Under the pieces are notes generated by a model that was not told the origin of the DNA, made no database searches, and saw only the letters and a program-made list of their open reading frames with translations. From the human T2T-CHM13v2.0 reference genome, Homo sapiens: 64,000 nucleotides of DNA. A program made the position numbers and the translations under genes. Within the stretch, counting starts at the first letter, position 1, and each line of letters starts with the position of its first letter. The stretch is from the NCBI RefSeq assembly GCF_009914755.1, contig NC_060928.1; one strand, written 5' to 3'. Of the stretch, positions 53,740-64,000 are shown piece by piece.

Positions 53740-54926
53740 CATTCTCAGAAACTTGTTTGTGATGTGTGTATTCAACTAACAGAGTTGAACTTTTGTTTTT
53801 ACAGAGCCGTTTTAAAACACTCTTTTTGTGGAATCAGAAAGTGGATATTCGGATGGCTCTGAGGATTTCGTTGGAAGCGGGATTACATATAAAATCTAGA
53901 GAGAAGCATTCTCAGGAACTTCTTTGTGATGTTTGCATTGAAGTCACAGAATTGAACATTCACTTTGATAGAGCAGGTTTGAAACACTCATTCTGTAGTA
54001 TCTGGAAGTGGACATTTCAAGCGCTTTCAGGCCTATGGTGAGAAAGGAAATATCTTCGAATAAAAACTAGACAGAAGCATCCTCAGAAACTTATTTGTGA
54101 TGTGTGTCCTCAACTAACAGAGTTGAAACTTTGTTTTGATACAGCATTTTGGAAACACTCTTTTTGTAGAATCTGCAGGTGGATATTTGGATAGCTTAGA
54201 GGGATTCGTTGGAAAGGGGATATCTTCATATAAAATCTAGACAGAAGCATTCTCAGAAACTTATTTGTGATGTGTGTCCTCAACTAACAGAGTTGAACCT
54301 TGGTTTTGATACAGCATTTTGGAAACGCTCCTTTTGTAGAATCTGCAGGTGGATATGTGGATAGCTCTGAAGATTTCGTTGGAAACGGGAATTTCTTCAT
54401 ATAAAATCAAACAGAAGCATTCTCAGAAACTTCTCAGTGATGTTTGCATTCAGCTCATGGAGTTGAACACTTCCTTTCATAGAGCCGGTTTGAAACACTC
54501 TTTCTGCACTACCTGGAAGAGGCCATTTCGAGCGCTTTGAGTCCTAAGGTGAAAAAGGAAATATCTTCTCATAAAAACCAGAAAGAAGCATTCTCAGAAA
54601 CTTCTTTGTGTTGTGTGTACTCATGTAACAGTGTTGAACCATCCTTTTGACAGAGCAGTTTTGAAACACTCTTTTTGTAGAATCTGCAAGTGGATATTTG
54701 GATAGCTTTGAGGATTTCGTTGGAAACGGGATGACATATAATATCTAGAGAGAAGCATTCTCAGGAACTTCTTTGTGCTGTTTGCATTCAAGTCACAGAA
54801 TTGAACATTCCCTTTCATAGAGCAGATTTGAAACACTCTTTCTCTAGTATCTGGAAGTGGGCATTTCAAGCGCTTTCAGGCCTATTGAGAGAAAGGAAAT
54901 ACCTTCAAATAAAAACTAGACAGAAG
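53740..54926 (+). repeat. 7-mer HOR structural variant, 1187 bp (m1-m7, both m3 and m4 intact)
   Basis: m1 anchors at 53740 and 54927; m7 is followed directly by m1. Confidence 0.95.
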
Positions 54927-57900
54927 CATTCTCAGAAACTTGTTTGTGATGTGTGTATTCAACTAACAGAGTTGAACTTTTGTTTTTACAGAGCCGTTTT
55001 AAAACACTCTTTTTGTGGAATCAGAAAGTGGATATTCGGATGGCTCTGAGGATTTCGTTGGAAGCGGGATTACATATAAAATCTAGAGAGAAGCATTCTC
55101 AGGAACTTCTTTGTGATGTTTGCATTGAAGTCACAGAATTGAACATTCACTTTGATAGAGCAGGTTTGAAACACTCATTCTGTAGTATCTGGAAGTGGAC
55201 ATTTCAAGCGCTTTCAGGCCTATGGTGAGAAAGGAAATATCTTCGAATAAAAACTAGACAGAAGCATCCTCAGAAACTTATTTGTGATGTGTGTCCTCAA
55301 CTAACAGAGTTGAAACTTTGTTTTGATACAGCATTTTGGAAACACTCTTTTTGTAGAATCTGCAGGTGGATATTTGGATAGCTTAGAGGGATTCGTTGGA
55401 AAGGGGATATCTTCATATAAAATCTAGACAGAAGCATTCTCAGAAACTTATTTGTGATGTGTGTCCTCAACTAACAGAGTTGAACCTTGGTTTTGATACA
55501 GCATTTTGGAAACACTCCTTTTGTAGAATCTGCAGGTGGATATGTGGATAGCTCTGAAGATTTCGTTGGAAACGGGAATTTCTTCATATAAAATCAAACA
55601 GAAGCATTCTCAGAAACTTCTCAGTGATGTTTGCATTCAGCTCATGGAGTTGAACACTTCCTTTCATAGAGCCGGTTTGAAACACTCTTTCTGCACTACC
55701 TGGAAGAGGACATTTCGAGCGCTTTGAGTCCTATGGTGAAAAAGGAAATATCTTCTCATAAAAACCAGAAAGAAGCATTCTCAGAAACTTCTTTGTGTTG
55801 TGTGTACTCATGTAACAGTGTTGAACCATCCTTTTGACAGAGCAGTTTTGAAACACTCTTTTTGTAGAATCTGCAAGTGGATATTTGGATAGCTTTGAGG
55901 ATTTCGTTGGAAACGGGATGACATATAATATCTAGAGAGAAGCATACTCAGGAACTTCTTTGTGATGTTTGCATTCAAGTCACAGAATTGAACATTCCCT
56001 TTCATAGAGCAGGTTTGAAACACTCTTTCTCTAGTATCTGGAAGTGGGCATTTCAAGCGCTTTCAGGCCTATGGAGAGAAAGGAAATACCTTCAAATAAA
56101 AACTAGACAGAAGCATTCTCAGAAACTTATTTGTGATGTGTGTCCTCAACTAACAGAGTTGAACCTTTGTTTTGATACAGCATTTTGGAAACACTCCTTT
56201 TGTAGAATCTGCAGGTGGATATTTGGATAACTTTGAAGATTTCGTTGGAAACCGGAATATCTTGATATAAAATCAAGACAGAAGCATTCTCGGAAAGATC
56301 TCTGTGATGTTTGCATTCAACTCAGTAGAGTTGAACACTTCCTTTCATAGAGCAGGTTTGAAACACTCTTTCTGCACTACCTGGAAGCGGACATTTCGAG
56401 CGCTTTGAGGCCTATGGTGAAAAAGGAAATATCTTCTCATAAAAACCAGAAAGAAGCATTCTCAGAAACTTCTTTGTGTTGTGTGTACTCAAGTAACAGT
56501 GTTGAACCTTCCTTTTGACACAGCAGTTTTGAAACACTCTTTTGGTAGAATCTGCAAGTGGATATTTGGATAGCTTTGAGGATTTCGTTGGAAACGGGTT
56601 ATCTTCATATAAAATCCAGACAGGAGCATTCTCAGAAACTTCTTTGTGCTGCATGTCCTCAATTCACAGAGCTGAACCTTTGTTTGGATACAGCATTTTG
56701 GAAACATTCCTTTAGTAGAATCTGCAAGTTGATATTTAGATAGCTTTGAAGATTTCGTTGGAAACGGGAATATCTTCATAGAAAATCTAGACGGAAGCAT
56801 TCTCAGAAACTGCTTTGTGATGTTTGCATTCAAGTCACAGAGTTGAATATTCCCTTTTATAGAGTAGGTTTGAAACACTCTTTCGGCACTACCTGGAAGT
56901 GGATATTTCGAGCTCTTTGAGGCCTATGGTTAAAAGGAAATATCTTCCCATAAAAACTAGACAGAAGCCGTCTCAGAAACTTGTTTGTGATGTGTGTATT
57001 CAACTAACAGAGTTGAACATTTCTGTTACAGAGCAATTTTAAAACACTCTTTTTGTGGAATCTGAAAGTGGATAATTGGATAGCTTTGTGGATTTCGTTG
57101 GAAACGGGATGACGTATAAAATCTAGAGAGAAGCATTCTCAGGAACTTCTTTCTGATGTTTGCATTCAAGTCACAGAATTGAACATTCCTTTTCATAGTG
57201 CAGGTTTGAAACACTCTTTCTGTAGTATCTGGAAGTGGACATTTCAAGCGCTTTCAGGCCTACGGGGAGAAAGGAAATATCTTCAAATAAAAACTAGACA
57301 GAAGGATTCTCAGAAACTTATTTGTGATGTGTGTCCTAAACGAACACAGTTGAACCTTTGTTTTGATACAGCATTTTGGAAACACTCCTTTTGTAGGATC
57401 TGCAGGTGGATAATTGGATAGATTTTAAGATTTCGTTGGAAACGGGAGTTTCTTCATAGAAACTCAAGACAGATGCATTCTCAGAAACATCTCTGTGATG
57501 TTTGCATTCCACTCATAGATTTGAAAACTTCCTTTCATAGAGCAGGTTTGAAACACTCTTTTTGTAATATTTGGAAGTGGACATTTGCAGCGCTTTGAGG
57601 CCTATGGTGAAAAAGGAAATATCTTCTCATAAAAACCAGAAACAAGCATTCTCAGAAACTTCTTTTTGATGTGTGTACTCAAGTAACAGAGTTGAACCTT
57701 CCTTTTGACACAGCAGTTTTGAAACAATCTTTTTGTAGAATCTGCAAGTGGATATTTGGATAGCTTTGAGGATTTCGTTGGAAACGGGATATCTTCATAT
57801 AAAATCTAGACAGAAGCATTCTCAGAAACTTCTTTGTGCTGTATGTCCTCAATTAACAGAGTTGAACCATTGCTTGGATACAGCATTTTGGAAACATTCC

Positions 57901-60900
57901 TTGAGTAGAATCTGCAAGTTGATATTTAGATAGATTTGAAGATTTCGTTGGAAAAGGGAATATCTCCATATAAAATCTAGAGGGAAGCATTCTCAGAAAC
58001 TGCTTTGTGATGTTTCCATTCAAGTCACAGAGTTGAATATTCCCTTTTATAGAGCACGTTTGAAACACTCTTTCTGCACTATCTGGAAGTGGACATTTCG
58101 AGCGCTTTGAGGCCTATGGTGAAAAAGGAAATATCTTCCCATAAAAACTAGACAGAAGCATTCTCAGAAACTTGTTTGTGATGTGTGTATTCAACTAACA
58201 GAGTTGAACTTTTGTTTTTACAGAGCCGTTTTAAAACACTCTTTTTGTGGAATCAGAAAGTGGATATTCGGATGGCTCTGAGGATTTCGTTGGAAGCGGG
58301 ATTACATATAAAATCTAGAGAGAAGCATTCTCAGGAACTTCTTTGTGATGTTTGCATTGAAGTCACAGAATTGAACATTCACTTTGATAGAGCAGGTTTG
58401 AAACACTCATTCTGTAGTATCTGGAAGTGGACATTTCAAGCGCTTTCAGGCCTATGGTGAGAAAGGAAATATCTTCGAATAAAAACTAGACAGAAGCATC
58501 CTCAGAAACTTATTTGTGATGTGTGTCCTCAACTAACAGAGTTGAAACTTTGTTTTGATACAGCATTTTGGAAACACTTTTTTTGTAGAATCTGCAGGTG
58601 GATATTTGGATAGCTTAGAGGGATTCGTTGGAAAGGGGATATCTTCATATAAAATCTAGACAGAAGCATTCTCAGAAACTTATTTGTGATGTGTGTCCTC
58701 AACTAACAGAGTTGAACCTTGGTTTTGATACAGCATTTTGGAAACGCTCCTTTTGTAGAATCTGCAGGTGGATATGTGGATAGCTCTGAAGATTTCGTTG
58801 GAAACGGGAATTTCTTCATATAAAATCAAACAGAAGCATTCTCAGAAACTTCTCAGTGATGTTTGCATTCAGCTCATGGAGTTGAACACTTCCTTTCATA
58901 GAGCCGGTTTGAAACACTCTTTCTGCACTACCTGGAAGAGGCCATTTCGAGCGCTTTGAGTCCTATGGTGAAAAAGGAAATATCTTCTCATAAAAACCAG
59001 AAAGAAGCATTCTCAGAAACTTCTTTGTGTTGTGTGTACTCATGTAACAGTGTTGAACCATCCTTTTGACAGAGCAGTTTTGAAACACTCTTTTTGTAGA
59101 ATCTGCAAGTGGATATTTGGATAGCTTTGAGGATTTCGTTGGAAACGGGATGACATATAATATCTAGAGAGAAGCATTCTCAGGAACTTCTTTGTGCTGT
59201 TTGCATTCAAGTCACAGAATTGAACATTCCCTTTCATAGAGCAGATTTGAAACACTCTTTCTCTAGTATCTGGAAGTGGGCATTTCAAGCGCTTTCAGGC
59301 CTATTGAGAGAAAGGAAATACCTTCAAATAAAAACTAGACAGAAGCATTCTCAGAAACTTATTTGTGATGTGTGTCCTCAACTAACAGAGTTGAACCTTT
59401 GTTTTGATACAGCATTTTGGAAACACTCCTTTTGTAGAATCTGCAGGTGGATATTTGGATAGCTTTGAAGATTTCGTTGGAAACCGGAATATCTTCATAT
59501 AAAATCAAGACAGAAGCATTCTCGGAAACATCTCTGTGATGTTTGCATTCAACTCAGTAGAGTTGAACACTTCCTTTCATAGAGCCGGTTTGAAACACTC
59601 TTTCTGCACTACCTGGAAGCGGACATTTCGAGCGCTTTGAGTCCTATGGTGAAAAAGGAAATATCTTCTCATAAAAACCAGAAAGAAGCATTCTCAGAAA
59701 CTTCTTTGTGTTGTGTGTACTCAAGTAACAGTGTTGAACCTTCCTTTTGACACAGCAGTTTTGAAACACTCTTTTGGTAGAATCTGCAAGTGGATATTTG
59801 GATAGCTTTGAGGATTTCGTTGGAAACGGGTTATCTTCATATAAAATCCAGACAGGAGCATTCTCAGAAACTTCTTTGTGCTGCATGTCCTCAATTCACA
59901 GAGCTGAACCTTTGTTTGGATACAGCATTTTGGAAACATTCCTTTAGTAGAATCTGCAAGTTGATATTTAGATAGCTTTGAAGATTTCGTTGGAAACGGG
60001 AATATCTTCATAGAAAATCTAGACGGAAGCATTCTCAGAAACTGCTTTGTGATGTTTGCATTCAAGTCACAGAGTTGAATATTCCCTTTTATAGAGTAGG
60101 TTTGAAACACTCTTTCGGCACTACCTGGAAGTGGATATTTCGAGCTCTTTGAGGCCTATGGTTAAAAGGAAATATCTTCCCATAAAAACTAGACAGAAGC
60201 CGTCTCAGAAACTTGTTTGTGATGTGTGTATTCAACTAACAGAGTTGAACATTTCTGTTACAGAGCAATTTTAAAACACTCTTTTTGTGGAATCTGAAAG
60301 TGGATAATTGGATAGCTTCGTGGATTTCGTTGGAAACGGGATGACGTATAAAATCTAGAGAGAAGCATTCTCAGGAACTTCTTTGTGATGTTTGCATTCA
60401 AGTCACAGAATTGAACATTCCTTTTCATAGTGCAGGTTTGAAACACTCTTTCTGTAGTATCTGGAAGTGGACATTTCAAGCGCTTTCAGGCCTACGGGGA
60501 GAAAGGAAATATCTTCAAATAAAAACTAGACAGAAGGATTCTCAGAAACTTATTTGTGATGTGTGTCCTAAACGAACACAGTTGAACCTTTGTTTAGATA
60601 CAGCATTTTGGAAACACTCCTTTTGTAGGATCTGCAGGTGGATATTTGGATAGATTTTAAGATTTCGTTGGAAACGGGAGTTTCTTCATAGAAACTCAAG
60701 ACAGATGCATTCTCAGAAACATCTCTGTGATGTTTGCATTCCACTCATAGAGTTGAAAACTTCCTTTCATAGAGCAGGTTTGAAACACTCTTTTTGTAAT
60801 ATTTGGAAGTGGACATTTGCAGCGCTTTGAGGCCTATGGTGAAAAAGGAAATATCTTCTCATAAAAACCAGAAACAAGCATTCTCAGAAACTTCTTTTTG

Positions 60901-61389
60901 ATGTGTGTACTCAAGTAACAGAGTTGAACCTTCCTTTTGACACAGCAGTTTTGAAACAATCTTTTTGTAGAATCTGCAAGTGGATATTTGGATAGCTTTG
61001 AGGATTTCGTTGGAAACGGGATATCTTCATATAAAATCTAGACAGAAGCATTCTCAGAAACTTCTTTGTGCTGTATGTCCTCAATTAACAGAGTTGAACC
61101 ATTGCTTGGATACAGCATTTTGGAAACATTCCTTGAGTAGAATCTGCAAGTTGATATTTAGATAGACTTGAAGATTTCGTTGGAAAAGGGAAAACTCCAT
61201 ATAAAATCTAGACGGAAGCATTCTCAGAAACTGCTTTGTGATGTTTCCATTCAAGTCACAGAGTTGAATATTCCCTTTTATAGAGCACGTTTGAAACACT
61301 CTTTCTGCACTATCTGGAAGTGGACATTTCGAGCGCTTTGAGGCCTATGGTGAAAAAGGAAATATCTTCCCATAAAAATTAGACAGAAG
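54927..61389 (+). repeat. Two 19-mer HORs (starts 54927, 58159 [3231 bp])
   Basis: Spacings 3232 and 3231; net 1-bp deletion in m18 near 61193. Confidence 0.94.
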
Positions 61390-62406
61390 CATTCTCAGAA
61401 ACTTGTTTGTGATGTGTGTATTCAACTAACAGAGTTGAACTTTTGTTTTTACAGAGCCGTTTTAAAACACTCTTTTTGTGGAATCAGAAAGTGGATATTC
61501 CGATGGCTCTGAGGATTTCGTTGGAAGCGGGATTACATATAAAATCTAGAGAGAAGCATTCTCAGGAACTTCTTTGTGATGTTTGCATTGAAGTCACAGA
61601 ATTGAACATTCACTTTGATAGAGCAGGTTTGAAACACTCATTCTGTAGTATCTGGAAGTGGACATTTCAAGCGCTTTCAGGCCTATGGTGAAAAAGGAAA
61701 TATCTTCGAATAAAAACTAGACAGAAGCATCCTCAGAAACTTATTTGTGATGTGTGTCCTCAACTAACAGAGTTGAAACTTTGTTTTGATACAGCATTTT
61801 GGAAACACTCCTTTTGTAGAATCTGCAGGTGGATATGTGGATAGCTCTGAAGATTTCGTTGGAAACGGGAATTTCTTCATATAAAATCAAACAGAAGCAT
61901 TCTCAGAAACTTCTCAGTGATGTTTGCATTCAGCTCATGGAGTTGAACACTTCCTTTCATAGAGCCGGTGTGAAACACTCTTTCTGCACTACCTGGAAGA
62001 GGCCATTTCGAGCGCTTTGAGTCCTATGGTGAAAAAGGAAATATCTTCCCATAAAAACCAGAAAGAAGCATTCTCAGAAACTTCTTTGTGTTGTGTGTAC
62101 TCATGTAACAGTGTTGAACCATCCTTTTGACAGAGCAGTTTTGAAACACTCTTTTTGTAGAATCTGCAAGTGGATATTTGGATAGCTTTGAGGATTTCGT
62201 TGGAAACGGGATGACATATAATATCTAGAGAGAAGCATTCTCAGGAACTTCTTTGTGCTGTTTGCATTCAAGTCACAGAATTGAACATTCCCTTTCATAG
62301 AGCAGATTTGAAACACTCTTTCTCTAGTATCTGGAAGTGGGCATTTCAAGCGCTTTCAGGCCTATTGAGAGAAAGGAAATACCTTCAAATAAAAACTAGA
62401 CAGAAG
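61390..62406 (+). repeat. 6-mer HOR structural variant, 1017 bp
   Basis: m1 anchors at 61390 and 62407; m3/m4 hybrid; m7-to-m1 junction. Confidence 0.95.
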
Positions 62407-64000
62407 CATTCTCAGAAACTTGTTTGTGATGTGTGTATTCAACTAACAGAGTTGAACTTTTGTTTTTACAGAGCCGTTTTAAAACACTCTTTTTGTGGAA
62501 TCAGAAAGTGGATATTCGGATGGCTCTGAGGATTTCGTTGGAAGCGGGATTACATATAAAATCTAGAGAGAAGCATTCTCAGGAACTTCTTTGTGATGTT
62601 TGCATTGAAGTCACAGAATTGAACATTCACTTTGATAGAGCAGGTTTGAAACACTCATTCTGTAGTATCTGGAAGTGGACATTTCAAGCGCTTTCAGGCC
62701 TATGGTGAGAAAGGAAATATCTTCGAATAAAAACTAGACAGAAGCATCCTCAGAAACTTATTTGTGATGTGTGTCCTCAACTAACAGAGTTGAAACTTTG
62801 TTTTGATACAGCATTTTGGAAACACTCTTTTTGTAGAATCTGCAGGTGGATATTTGGATAGCTTAGAGGGATTCGTTGGAAAGGGGATATCTTCATATAA
62901 AATCTAGACAGAAGCATTCTCAGAAACTTATTTGTGATGTGTGTCCTCAACTAACAGAGTTGAACCTTGGTTTTGATACAGCATTTTGGAAACACTCCTT
63001 TTGTAGAATCTGCAGGTGGATATGTGGATAGCTCTGAAGATTTCGTTGGAAACGGGAATTTCTTCATATAAAATCAAACAGAAGCATTCTCAGAAACTTC
63101 TCAGTGATGTTTGCATTCAGCTCATGGAGTTGAACACTTCCTTTCATAGAGCCGGTTTGAAACACTCTTTCTGCACTACCTGGAAGAGGACATTTCGAGC
63201 GCTTTGAGTCCTATGGTGAAAAAGGAAATATCTTCTCATAAAAACCAGAAAGAAGCATTCTCAGAAACTTCTTTGTGTTGTGTGTACTCATGTAACAGTG
63301 TTGAACCATCCTTTTGACAGAGCAGTTTTGAAACACTCTTTTTGTAGAATCTGCAAGTGGATATTTGGATAGCTTTGAGGATTTCGTTGGAAACGGGATG
63401 ACATATAATATCTAGAGAGAAGCATACTCAGGAACTTCTTTGTGATGTTTGCATTCAAGTCACAGAATTGAACATTCCCTTTCATAGAGCAGGTTTGAAA
63501 CACTCTTTCTCTAGTATCTGGAAGTGGGCATTTCAAGCGCTTTCAGGCCTATGGAGAGAAAGGAAATACCTTCAAATAAAAACTAGACAGAAGCATTCTC
63601 AGAAACTTATTTGTGATGTGTGTCCTCAACTAACAGAGTTGAACCTTTGTTTTGATACAGCATTTTGGAAACACTCCTTTTGTAGAATCTGCAGGTGGAT
63701 ATTTGGATAACTTTGAAGATTTCGTTGGAAACCGGAATATCTTCATATAAAATCAAGACAGAAGCATTCTCGGAAACATCTCTGTGATGTTTGCATTCAA
63801 CTCAGTAGAGTTGAACACTTCCTTTCATAGAGCAGGTTTGAAACACTCTTTCTGCACTACCTGGAAGCGGACATTTCGAGCGCTTTGAGGCCTATGGTGA
63901 AAAAGGAAATATCTTCTCATAAAAACCAGAAAGAAGCATTCTCAGAAACTTCTTTGTGTTGTGTGTACTCAAGTAACAGTGTTGAACCTTCCTTTTGACA
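62407..64000 (+). repeat. Partial HOR (m1 to start of m10), truncated by window end
   Basis: Canonical monomer order m1-m9, then m10 begins at about 63937. Confidence 0.93.

Larger units (their letters stand above)
1..64000 (+). repeat. Alpha-satellite (alphoid) centromeric higher-order repeat array, 19-mer/3232 bp HOR; probably human chr4 D4Z1 (SF2)
   Basis: Tandem ~171 bp monomers starting CATTCTCAGAAACT with the alphoid consensus throughout. Mix of CENP-B-box and pJalpha-type monomers. Identical ORF translations recur every 3232 bp (3083, 6315, 9547, 12779, 16011...). Alpha-satellite identity is certain; the D4Z1 label is recalled from its 19-mer/3.2 kb unit (confidence about 0.8). Confidence 0.99.

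Noticed and set aside
434-63710. Recurrent 61-142 aa ORFs on both strands
   Set aside because: They are translations of alpha-satellite monomers. They overlap on both strands, many start at GTG/TTG, they recur with the HOR period and they resemble no protein family I recognise.
1-64000. CRISPR-like or other repeat-spacer system suggested by recurring TTTCGTTGGAAAC and GTTTGAAAC motifs
   Set aside because: The intervening sequence is itself repeated and homologous, so there are no unique spacers. There are no cas genes, and the first motif is the CENP-B box.
1-64000. Transposon (L1/Alu) insertion, inversion or foreign sequence
   Set aside because: All anchor spacings are explained by whole numbers of monomers to within 2 bp, orientation is constant, and I saw no poly-A tail or non-alphoid segment.
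1-64000. Synthetic or modelled centromere sequence (GRCh38-type Markov model)
   Set aside because: Ordered co-occurrence of rare SNVs over ~20 kb offsets is not expected from a short-memory model and favours a real long-read assembly. Local assembly errors cannot be excluded.
1-64000. Calling this window the kinetochore site or centromere dip region
   Set aside because: That requires methylation or CENP-A data. Sequence alone only shows a homogeneous, CENP-B-box-rich array typical of live HORs.

Overview
The whole 64 kb window is one uninterrupted, single-orientation primate centromeric alpha-satellite array of about 376 monomers of 166-172 bp. It is organised as a highly homogeneous 19-monomer, 3232 bp higher-order repeat (HOR) rich in CENP-B boxes. 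Unit length and monomer count fit the human chromosome 4 active array D4Z1 (SF2, S2C4H1L); that assignment is from recall, not alignment. I number monomers m1-m19 from the CATTCTCAGAAACTTGTTTG monomer at 3057 (my own numbering). There are 16 complete 19-mers, partial units at both ends, four 6-mer variants (1017 bp), one 7-mer (1187 bp) and one 14-mer (2383 bp). I see no genes, transposon insertions, inversions or CRISPR arrays, and all listed ORFs are chance translations of the satellite. I found no novel gene system. The interesting signal is architectural: a roughly 20.4 kb super-repeat (six 19-mers plus one 6-mer) with collapsing later copies, an older 7-mer periodicity inside the 19-mer, an m7-to-m14 conversion tract, and a marked lineage linking 19-mer, 7-mer and 6-mer units.
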